This document shows, one piece after another, positions 1 to 7,516 of a stretch of DNA of 29,780 bases; positions within the stretch are counted from its first letter, which is position 1; each line of letters opens with the position of its first letter. This DNA is from an uncultured archaeon (lineage in GTDB: Archaea > Asgardarchaeota > Thorarchaeia > Thorarchaeales > Thorarchaeaceae): assembly GCA_964610875.1 (NCBI GenBank), contig CAZSWP010000019.1, forward strand, positions 1 to 29,780. The letters run 5' to 3'. The position numbers and the translations under genes are program-made. The notes beneath the pieces were generated by a model that was not told the DNA's origin, did no database searches, and saw nothing but the letters and a program-made list of their open reading frames with translations.

Positions 1-168
1 ATCATGTGACGTGGCCAATTCGCCTCTAAATTCTTGTATTATTCTACAGAGCCAACTTGTAACAAAGAGATAAATGCCTCCGAAAAAACAGATAACAATT
101 ATTGTAATCCCTACAATGAAGTACCAGATACTATTGCTATCATTCGATTTTATCATATTGATATACAT
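1..168 (-). CDS. Partial hypothetical membrane protein (N-terminus; runs off window start)
   Basis: Manual translation of the minus strand from ATG 168 (or 156/195): MYINMIKSNDSNSIWYFIVGITIIVICFFGGIYLFVTSWLCRIQEFRGELATSHD, open to base 1, one clear TM helix, co-oriented downstream of the aminopeptidase. Not in the ORF track. Confidence 0.55.
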   Translation of the reverse strand, partial: MYINMIKSNDSNSIWYFIVGITIIVICFFGGIYLFVTSWLCRIIQEFRGELATSHD

Positions 169-257
169 TTGTTTCTTCCGAGTTTCCAGAAGCATTCACA
201 TTAATGATATCATATGTGTGTCATTGAAAGGATGGTTAATGAGGAGTTGGGGATGAC

Positions 258-1322
258 TCACATCTCATAGAAGTACTTCCCTTTCGAGTAAATCACTTCA
301 TCACCAGAAGTGACTTCTCCTTCATGCATCTTTTTGATCATATCAACATGAACTGCACTTTCATTTACACCGTTACAATCTTTGTATGCTCGTCCAAGTG
401 CACAATGAATGGTATCGCCAATCTTCTCATCGAAAAGCATATTGAGTGTGTACTTTTTGATTCCACGATTGGTACCTATTGCCATTTCACCTAATCTTCT
501 AGAACCGTCATCGATCTCTAGAATGCTCTTTAGCGTTTCCTGATTTTTCTCAGCGGAGTAATCAATAACTTCTCCTTTTTCGAATGTCAATCTTACACCG
601 TCAATGACCTTTCCCTGCTGCAGAAAAGGTATGTCAAAGTATATCTTTCCTTCAACCGTGTCTTCAACAGGAGCAGTAAATACTTCGCCACTAGGCATGT
701 TGTGCTTGCCATCAGATGCAATCCAGATTCTACCCTCAGTACTGGCATAAAGATCAGTTTCAAGTCCAGTGAAGCGTACATCTGAATGCCTTTCCAGACG
801 TTCTTTCATCTGATACATCAATTTGCTTTCTTCTTTCCAGTCAATGAGCATCGCACTATATGCAAAGTCTTCGTATTCTTCTAGACTCATATTGGCCTGC
901 TGAGCTAAAGTGACACATGGATGGACAGTTAAGCACCATCGTTTTGACAACCTGATGCTTTGGATTTCTTGATTTGTTTTATTGTTCAACATAATGTGAT
1001 CTGAATCGACATTAGCCATTGCCATTATGTTCATTGGTGCTCTAATTGCGATATATACGTCAGTCTTTTCAACGAGTGATTTGACATGCTCAGGGACCAC
1101 TTTCAGTGTGTCGTCATTTGCACCTTCAAAAAAGGCTCTAGCAACCTCTTCGCTCTGCATTAGGTTTACAACTCGTCCACCTGCTCTGGCAACTTCGCGA
1201 TTCAACGCTATCATGAAATCATGTGCCATGGGACTGCCAACAATTGTAACCATATCACCAGGTTTAACTTCTGTACTCCAGTTAACAACTACTTTTGCAT
1301 GTTGTTTTACTCGTTCATCCAT
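258..1322 (-). CDS. Aminopeptidase, peptidase family M29 (AmpS/AmpT/PepS-like)
   Basis: M29 motifs NMPSGEVFTAP, RLGEMAIG, LFDEK, TIHCALGRAY, SAVHVD. Start placed at MDERVK (ATG 1322); a TATA-like ATTTATAC lies on the minus strand at about 1357-1364. Confidence 0.93.
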   Translation of the reverse strand: MDERVKQHAKVVVNWSTEVKPGDMVTIVGSPMAHDFMIALNREVARAGGRVVNLMQSEEVARAFFEGANDDTLKVVPEHVKSLVEKTDVYIAIRAPMNIMAMANVDSDHIMLNNKTNQEIQSIRLSKRWCLTVHPCVTLAQQANMSLEEYEDFAYSAMLIDWKEESKLMYQMKERLERHSDVRFTGLETDLYASTEGRIWIASDGKHNMPSGEVFTAPVEDTVEGKIYFDIPFLQQGKVIDGVRLTFEKGEVIDYSAEKNQETLKSILEIDDGSRRLGEMAIGTNRGIKKYTLNMLFDEKIGDTIHCALGRAYKDCNGVNESAVHVDMIKKMHEGEVTSGDEVIYSKGKYFYEM

Positions 1323-1398
1323 TTCGCAGTTCCTCATCATCTGTGGCTTTTTTGGTAGTATAAATGGGTACCTGTCTAATCAATAAGAATGGGTTTTT

Positions 1399-1761
1399 TT
1401 GATGATTGTCAATTCTTTGAAAACAAGAAAACGGGGATCAATTTCGTACAAACCAGTGTTACCAAAACATGTCTTCCAAGAGATTGGAGTCGAGAACTGG
1501 AATACTTGGCAACCTAATCCTCCGACCGAGGCTATGGTTACTTGTGGTCCATTCAATGTGTCCGAGTATATAGCTGGCGAGTTCACTGAACTTACATACA
1601 ATCCAAACTACTACTATGGTCTTCCACATGATACCACAACTGGCGGTCCTACAACTGGTCCCACTGATGGTCCTGACTTAACACTAACAATCATTGCTGG
1701 TGCAGTTGGTGCTGCTGTGGTTATCCTTGTTGGTGGTTATGTCCTGCTTCGTCAGAAGTAA
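1399..1761 (+). pseudogene. Orphan C-terminal fragment of a peptide ABC-type (family 5-like) solute-binding/surface protein with Thr/Pro linker and C-terminal membrane anchor
   Basis: PVLPKHVF...WN...VTCGPF.VSEY.AGEF.EL.YNPNYY resembles the SBP family 5 'ILPKH...GTGPF...N.NY' segment, followed by a TTTGGPTTGPTDGPD linker, a TM helix and an RQK tail. There is no signal peptide and no room for the usual >500 aa, because the divergent gene starts at 1322. Confidence 0.7.
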
Positions 1762-1774
1762 TCAATAATGCAAT

Positions 1775-1805
1775 GGGGACTTCGTCCCCTTGCCTCTTCT
1801 TTTTT
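1775..1805 (+). terminator. Hairpin plus T-rich tract terminator
   Basis: GGGGAC-TTC-GTCCCC (1775-1789) followed by TGCCTCTTCTTTTTT, 13 nt after the stop at 1761. Confidence 0.7.
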
Positions 1806-1901
1806 CTTCAACTCAACAATTGCACTAAATTTTCCTTTTGTCACTACGAGCGCTTTAATAGTATGTATTGCATTAGAAATAACTCGGTTGGGATAGAGCG
1901 T

Positions 1902-3182
1902 TTGTCTGCAGCAATAATTGTACTTACCATATTCATAGGCACACTAATTGTAATCATGTCTGAGAGGATAGATGAAACTGCTACTGCACTCTTTGGCATG
2001 TCCTTAGCAGGCGTTGTACTCTATGTATATGAGGGCATATCATTTGAATCGTTTATCGGTCTGATCCAATGGGATTCAATACTCTTCATTGCTGCTATGT
2101 TGATTGTTGTTGCAGTTGCCGCGTCATCAGGTATGTTTCAGTATATCGCTCTGGTCTTAGTTAAGAGAACAGGTGATAATCCAAGAAAGATGTATCTAGT
2201 ATTCATGGGATTTGTATTTATCATCTCTCTCTTTTTGGACCCTTTACCCACAATGCTTGTCATGGGTAGCTTCACCGTTGAAGTTTGTAGAGCTTTGGAA
2301 ATTAGAGTTAAACCATTTCTAGTTTCTGAAGTAATAGTTTGTAATTTCGCATCACTTCCCACTATCGTTGGTTCAGTACCCAACCTAGTAATAGCCGTTC
2401 TGACCGAAATTGACGCAGGATTGCTATTCATTACCCTCTTTCCTTTGTCTGTACTCCTCCTATTTATCACGATTCCAATACTTCTGCGAATATTCAAGGA
2501 AGATTTTGATGCATGTGTTGATAGCGACACAAATCTTTTATTTCTCATTCAACCAAGAATTATGATTCGTTCTCGACATGACTTCTACCTCTCGGTTATA
2601 GCCATGATTATTCTAATTAGTGGATTCACTGCGAGTCCTCAACTTGGAATCGAGGTCAGTATGGTCGCATTAGCAGTTGCATCTGGTATGTTAGTATTCT
2701 CACAGAAGAGGGCAAAAGAGCTAATCCGACAGTTATCATGGGATATAATTTTCTTTCTAATTGGTTTATTCGGGCTCATTGTTGCATTAACTGAAACAGG
2801 GTTAGTTGATATGCTAGCGGGAGGTCTATCTGTTATCACAGGTGGAAATATCTTCATAGCGATTTTCTTTCTGATATGGATTCCTGGACTTGCATTGTCT
2901 GTGATAGATAATATTCCTGTTGCAGCTGTCTTGTCCCCACTTGCAATAGAATTCTCTAACTTGAACAGAATTGTCCCCTTAACGCTTGTTATTGGCGCTA
3001 ATGTTGGTGGCTATGCGATTCCTTTTGGTGATGCGCCAAATATGATCGCAGCAAGCCTGTCTGCAGAAAACGGCGAACCACTCTCATTCATTGAGTTTAC
3101 GAAAATCATTCTTCCAATAGCCATTCTCCATTTAGTAATTTCAACCGTGTATTCATTCATTGTTGCGATTCTCTTTGCATAG
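1902..3182 (+). CDS. ArsB/NhaD/SLC13-type ion/anion permease (P-permease/CitMHS-like)
   Basis: About 11-12 TM segments; repeat motifs TIVGSVPNLVIA / IPFGDAPNMIAA and SVIDNIPVAA. The N-terminal 43 aa of the ORF track overlap the upstream terminator, so the in-frame TTG at 1902 is preferred. Confidence 0.85.
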   Translation: MSAAIIVLTIFIGTLIVIMSERIDETATALFGMSLAGVVLYVYEGISFESFIGLIQWDSILFIAAMLIVVAVAASSGMFQYIALVLVKRTGDNPRKMYLVFMGFVFIISLFLDPLPTMLVMGSFTVEVCRALEIRVKPFLVSEVIVCNFASLPTIVGSVPNLVIAVLTEIDAGLLFITLFPLSVLLLFITIPILLRIFKEDFDACVDSDTNLLFLIQPRIMIRSRHDFYLSVIAMIILISGFTASPQLGIEVSMVALAVASGMLVFSQKRAKELIRQLSWDIIFFLIGLFGLIVALTETGLVDMLAGGLSVITGGNIFIAIFFLIWIPGLALSVIDNIPVAAVLSPLAIEFSNLNRIVPLTLVIGANVGGYAIPFGDAPNMIAASLSAENGEPLSFIEFTKIILPIAILHLVISTVYSFIVAILFA

Positions 3183-3288
3183 CATGTCCAAGTGTTGAAA
3201 GACATAATTAGATTGTTGGAACTGACTTGAATCTCGCCTTAATAGGTCAAAAGATAATAGGTTTCACGTCTAACATTTTCTTAGAGAT

Positions 3289-3852
3289 GTGGTGCATTTG
3301 GAGAAGAGCAAGAGCAATTACATTCTTTCCATAATCATATGCATTTCTGCAGCGATGTTCTATATTATTCCAGTTTTTGGGATTTTTGGTTATGCAATTC
3401 TTGCCATTCGATTATTGTATGTTCCACTACTTGTTTGGGCGATTGTAAATATTCTCGCCTATAGTGTGGGAGGAACACATTGGCATATCCCTATCGTTCA
3501 ATCTCGAGGTAATTATACATATTCGGTAAAAAAAGACCCGTCGTTCATCTATAGGTCTTTCAAATATTCTTTCAATAACGAGGAATATGTTATTGGTGGT
3601 TTTCCAGAACAGACTGTTGGGGATGTTCTAAGAGGGAATTGGCCATTCAAAAAGATTAAGAAAAATGATGATTGGATGGTGAAGGATGATAGAGGAAATG
3701 TAGTAACAGAACAACTATTCTCTAAATATGATGGGATTATTTTTGTTGAACTATCTGAACCTCTATACTTGGAAAGGGCAGAAGTTGGAATAGATGAATC
3801 ATCAAAGGAGGAATATTCTGATATGACAATAGGTGTAGAATTCTACGACTAG
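3289..3852 (+). CDS. Hypothetical membrane protein, paralog A (2 TM + putative beta-grasp domain + acidic GVEFYD tail)
   Basis: N-terminal hydrophobic helices. The soluble domain aligns without gaps to the next ORF, and the protein ends EEYSDMTIGVEFYD. Exact start (GTG) uncertain. Confidence 0.8.
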   Translation: MVHLEKSKSNYILSIIICISAAMFYIIPVFGIFGYAILAIRLLYVPLLVWAIVNILAYSVGGTHWHIPIVQSRGNYTYSVKKDPSFIYRSFKYSFNNEEYVIGGFPEQTVGDVLRGNWPFKKIKKNDDWMVKDDRGNVVTEQLFSKYDGIIFVELSEPLYLERAEVGIDESSKEEYSDMTIGVEFYD

Positions 3853-3864
3853 AGAAGTTATGAT

Positions 3865-4413
3865 ATGAGTACTAGTTTAAAACCATGTGCTTCTTGTGTA
3901 ATTTTCCTTTTCGCCATGGTCGTTGTCTGGTACTTTTCACTTATCCTTTTTGAAATCAATATTGCACAATCTGCATTGTTCTGGTTTCTTCCTTTTTTGG
4001 TTTTTATTCTAGTAACATTGCAACTTCTGGCATCATCTGAGGGCGAACGAACTAGACGTCTCTTCAAACGTTATGCTGCTGCAATACCGAGAGATTCAAC
4101 CTCAGTGCAACGTGTAATTAGAAATCCGTATTCAAAGGAAGAGATAGTAATTACCGGTTCATCTGAGATCACTTTTCGTGAAGCCTTAATTAGCGATTGG
4201 AGATTCGATGAAATTTCAAAACGTGATCGATGGTATATAGTAGACGATCAGAAAAACGATATCTCTGAAAACACTCTTGAATCATACCATAGAATCGCAG
4301 AAATCATGATAGCGCAAAAACCTGTTGAAACCTATAGTGAGTATGAAGAGAAAGGAGAAGACACACTAGAAGAATATTCGAGTGTTGATGAAGGTGTTGA
4401 GTTCTACGATTAG
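3865..4413 (+). CDS. Hypothetical membrane protein, paralog B (2 TM + putative beta-grasp domain + acidic GVEFYD tail)
   Basis: 12 nt downstream of paralog A, same architecture, ends EEYSSVDEGVEFYD. Confidence 0.8.
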   Translation: MSTSLKPCASCVIFLFAMVVVWYFSLILFEINIAQSALFWFLPFLVFILVTLQLLASSEGERTRRLFKRYAAAIPRDSTSVQRVIRNPYSKEEIVITGSSEITFREALISDWRFDEISKRDRWYIVDDQKNDISENTLESYHRIAEIMIAQKPVETYSEYEEKGEDTLEEYSSVDEGVEFYD

Positions 4414-4481
4414 ATGTCCTCATTACTTGAATGAGAAACCATAATTGGTTCCAGTTCTCTAAATCAGAGTTGGTATTAAAT

Positions 4482-4955
4482 ATGATGAAAATCAATGAGA
4501 TTTTGGTGAAAGGACTCACGGATCAATTCGCACATGTTGCTCCAAAAAAGGCATTGAAAGGTTTGACAGCAGAACTTGCACGCAAAAAACCCAATGGCAT
4601 TGTTCATTCCTGCTGGGAGCAATTACATCATATTGTGATTTGGCAGGACCCATTGATTGAAGCACTTAAGGGAAATGAAATTGATTGGGACTCTGCTCAG
4701 CAAAACGAATGGCCATCAGATGAAATTATGAAAGATGCCGCTGAATGGGAAAATCTTGTTTCTGGGTTCTTTGATGGTTTAGAAGAAACAAAGAGTATTG
4801 TCAAGGATTTAGATTTGAGTGTGAAAATTCCTGCATGGCCAAAACAATCAATGGGATACGCTGCAATGATGCTTGTAATTCACAACGCATATCATATAGG
4901 TCAGATTGTTACAACAAGAATGGCTCTTGATGCTTGGCCTCCATCTGACGATTGA
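4482..4955 (+). CDS. DinB/YfiT-like four-helix metalloprotein
   Basis: HSCWEQLHHIVIWQ and HNAYHIGQI His motifs typical of the DinB superfamily. Start MMKINE at 4482 preferred. Confidence 0.85.
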   Translation: MMKINEILVKGLTDQFAHVAPKKALKGLTAELARKKPNGIVHSCWEQLHHIVIWQDPLIEALKGNEIDWDSAQQNEWPSDEIMKDAAEWENLVSGFFDGLEETKSIVKDLDLSVKIPAWPKQSMGYAAMMLVIHNAYHIGQIVTTRMALDAWPPSDD

Positions 4956-4956
4956 A

Positions 4957-7338
4957 TCAATTGCGTTCGACTAACTCAACTTTCACCAGAACTGAATTGA
5001 AGCCTGGTGTATGACCAAATGCAGTATGCTTGTCATCCGTTAGTAGATTCACATTTCCATCTCTTGTCCACCAGCCATCTGATGCCCATACTACTCTCGG
5101 ATCGAGCTTATCGGTCAATTCCACATGCATTCTATCAATTGCCCCTCTTTTTGATTCAACCCGAACAATATCTCCATTAAGTAGACACAATTCTTCTGCA
5201 GTTGTCGGATGCATTCTAAGGAATGATCTTTCTTCTTCTATAGAATTCATTTCCATTCTTCGAATAGGGTCATTTACTATTTCATAGGGACATACATCTA
5301 TCTGGCACTCTCTACATCCTATACAATTTGATGTGTCCCAAACTGGTACTAAAAGTCCTGTCATTGAATCAGGAATTTCTAGTGGTCTTTCGTCCACCTT
5401 GACTGCAAGGTTACTAATAACTGAACCAAGGGCCTTTCTCATTTTAGAAGCCGATGGATCATCATCTACTATTGAATCATTTATCTCTCTTATATTTGGA
5501 GGTTTCATCTCTATCGCTTCATCGGGACATTCCTTTACACATTTTTGACAAGTGGTACAATGGGAGTAGCTTCTTACAGAACCTCCTACTTCTATTGTAG
5601 TGAATTGGGAGTGTAGTCGTTCTCGCAATCTTCCTGTAATCATTATCAGTGGATATTCTTCATAAACGTCAGGTGTTGATATCGGGCTCTCAAGAGGTTC
5701 CTCAAAGAATGGTAATGGATTATAACCGCCATTTTCCAGTTCTGTTGAATACAGTTCGATCTTTCCTGAGCTGGTCCCGAACTTGTTGTCTTCGAATACA
5801 ATTGATGGACTAGTTGTTCTGATCCCCTCAGGATGCTTTGTTAGCTCTTCAACAGTGATATGACGACACTCCTCTGTATCTAAAGCCATTTTTATGGCAT
5901 CAATCTCCGTTGTTTTGTATTCCTCTCCAAATCCCATTCTATTTGCAATTTCTAACCATATTTCCAATTCATGCCGTGCTTCTCCCAGTGGTTCAACAAG
6001 TCTTGGAGAATATTGAACGATTCGATGAAGTTCGCTATGTACAAGGTTGTGATGTTCAAAGAGTGTCGTTGCAGGTAGAACAATATCACACATTTTAGCT
6101 GTGTCGGTCATCATCTGATCAATACAAATAAGAAATGGTATCTTCTGAAAACATTCACTCACTCTTGTTGTATTTGGCCATTGAGTTATTGGATTTCCAG
6201 CTTGAATTACCAGAACCTTCAATGGAGATTCATCATGGTTGAGTACATATTCTGGAAGATATGTACCAGAAGGAACTACTGGCTTCATCTCTTCAGGAAG
6301 CAACTGTGTCATAGTGATAGCCTCACCATTGAATGGACTATTGTCCGATGAGAGGTATTGAAAGCCTCCTCCTGAGATTCCTATATACCCACAAATGACC
6401 AGTAAACTGTGTACCGCTCTTGCAGACCAAGTTCCATTAGTATAGTGGTTCATTCCTGCAGGTGCCGTCATGATTAGCGCTGGTTCGTGTTTCGCAAACA
6501 TCAATGCGATTCTTTCGATTGTATTTTCATCAACCCACGTTATCTCACTGACAGTCTTAGTATCATATTTTTTGATGGCTTCTGTAAACTCTTCAAAACC
6601 AATCACATGTTTTTGAATGAATTCCTTATTGTAGAGACCCCGTTTTATAATGATATTCGCTAGACCTAATGCAAGAGCACCATCTGTTCCAGGTCTAATT
6701 GTGGTGTAGATATCAGCTATCGCAGCATGAGGAATTTTACGCGGATCGATTACAATCAGTTTTGCACCATTATCAATGGCTTCTCTGATGATTCTCTTTG
6801 TATGTACGCTTGATTCGAATTTGTTCGTTCCCCATATCACAATACATTTCGAGTTGGTCCAATCCTGTAACTCATGCGGAGGAAAAGGACCTACATTGAA
6901 TCTTGCACCTGCGTATGCGCCTTCGAAGCAAATCTCAACTATACCAGGTATTAGTCGGTTTCCGAAATAACTGCAAAATCTTGAAGCATATCGTGGAGCC
7001 ATCCCATCGTTTCCAGAACCGGAATAGATGCCAACAGATTCGACTCCATGTTCTGCTTTGGCTTTTCCCATTCTTTTTGCAATCTCATCTAAAGCTTCAT
7101 CCCATGAGATTCTTTGATGTGAACCATCTGCCTGCTTCTTCATTGGGTAGAGTAATCTGTCCTCTGAGGAATGACGTAAAACATGACCATAGCCTTTGGG
7201 ACAGCATCTACCAAGTGTGTATAGATGGTTTTCATCACCTTCCAGACGAATAATTTTGCCATCCTCAATCTCTACTACAAAGGCACATAAATCTGGACAA
7301 TTCAGCGCACATGCAGAGTAGAATTTTTTTGAAGTCAT
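4957..7338 (-). CDS. Molybdopterin (Mo/W-bisPGD) oxidoreductase catalytic subunit, uncharacterised MopB subfamily, with inserted 2x[4Fe-4S] ferredoxin
   Basis: N-terminal CALNCPDLC...CPKG Fe-S motif; RISWDEALDEIA, WGTN, VIDPR, RPGTDGALALG, TDTAKMCDIVLPA, SSGKIEL; probable Cys ligand (EICFEG); C-terminal domain IV (MHP..A...N.LT). No TAT signal. Confidence 0.92.
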   Translation of the reverse strand: MTSKKFYSACALNCPDLCAFVVEIEDGKIIRLEGDENHLYTLGRCCPKGYGHVLRHSSEDRLLYPMKKQADGSHQRISWDEALDEIAKRMGKAKAEHGVESVGIYSGSGNDGMAPRYASRFCSYFGNRLIPGIVEICFEGAYAGARFNVGPFPPHELQDWTNSKCIVIWGTNKFESSVHTKRIIREAIDNGAKLIVIDPRKIPHAAIADIYTTIRPGTDGALALGLANIIIKRGLYNKEFIQKHVIGFEEFTEAIKKYDTKTVSEITWVDENTIERIALMFAKHEPALIMTAPAGMNHYTNGTWSARAVHSLLVICGYIGISGGGFQYLSSDNSPFNGEAITMTQLLPEEMKPVVPSGTYLPEYVLNHDESPLKVLVIQAGNPITQWPNTTRVSECFQKIPFLICIDQMMTDTAKMCDIVLPATTLFEHHNLVHSELHRIVQYSPRLVEPLGEARHELEIWLEIANRMGFGEEYKTTEIDAIKMALDTEECRHITVEELTKHPEGIRTTSPSIVFEDNKFGTSSGKIELYSTELENGGYNPLPFFEEPLESPISTPDVYEEYPLIMITGRLRERLHSQFTTIEVGGSVRSYSHCTTCQKCVKECPDEAIEMKPPNIREINDSIVDDDPSASKMRKALGSVISNLAVKVDERPLEIPDSMTGLLVPVWDTSNCIGCRECQIDVCPYEIVNDPIRRMEMNSIEEERSFLRMHPTTAEELCLLNGDIVRVESKRGAIDRMHVELTDKLDPRVVWASDGWWTRDGNVNLLTDDKHTAFGHTPGFNSVLVKVELVERN

Positions 7339-7367
7339 GACTCAAATCCCGTACAATCATATTCATC

Positions 7368-7380
7368 CATAACTGTTATG
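7368..7380. promoter_or_regulatory. Palindrome, candidate operator between divergent genes
   Basis: CATAAC-T-GTTATG perfect inverted repeat about 30 nt upstream of the oxidoreductase start. Confidence 0.3.
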
Positions 7381-7516
7381 ATATTTCGTTTCGTTGCCTT
7401 GAACTGCAGTTAATTAAATGTCTACTTGTTCACATAATTGGTCACTTTTACTCAATAATAGTATATGCAGTGACCACTCTATTATTTCATAAGGTACTAC
7501 AACAGGTGACAATTAA

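Noticed and set aside
74-256. 60-aa plus-strand ORF
   Set aside because: Antisense shadow of the minus-strand partial membrane gene; low-complexity AT-rich translation.
1636-1675. Short ACAACTGG/GGTCC repeats as a CRISPR or tandem repeat
   Set aside because: Explained by the Thr/Gly/Pro linker codons; no spacer structure.
1773-1901. N-terminal extensions in the ORF track (also 11914-12018, 22432-22494, 25972-26013)
   Set aside because: They overlap terminators or promoter-like AT-rich sequence; family similarity begins at downstream starts.
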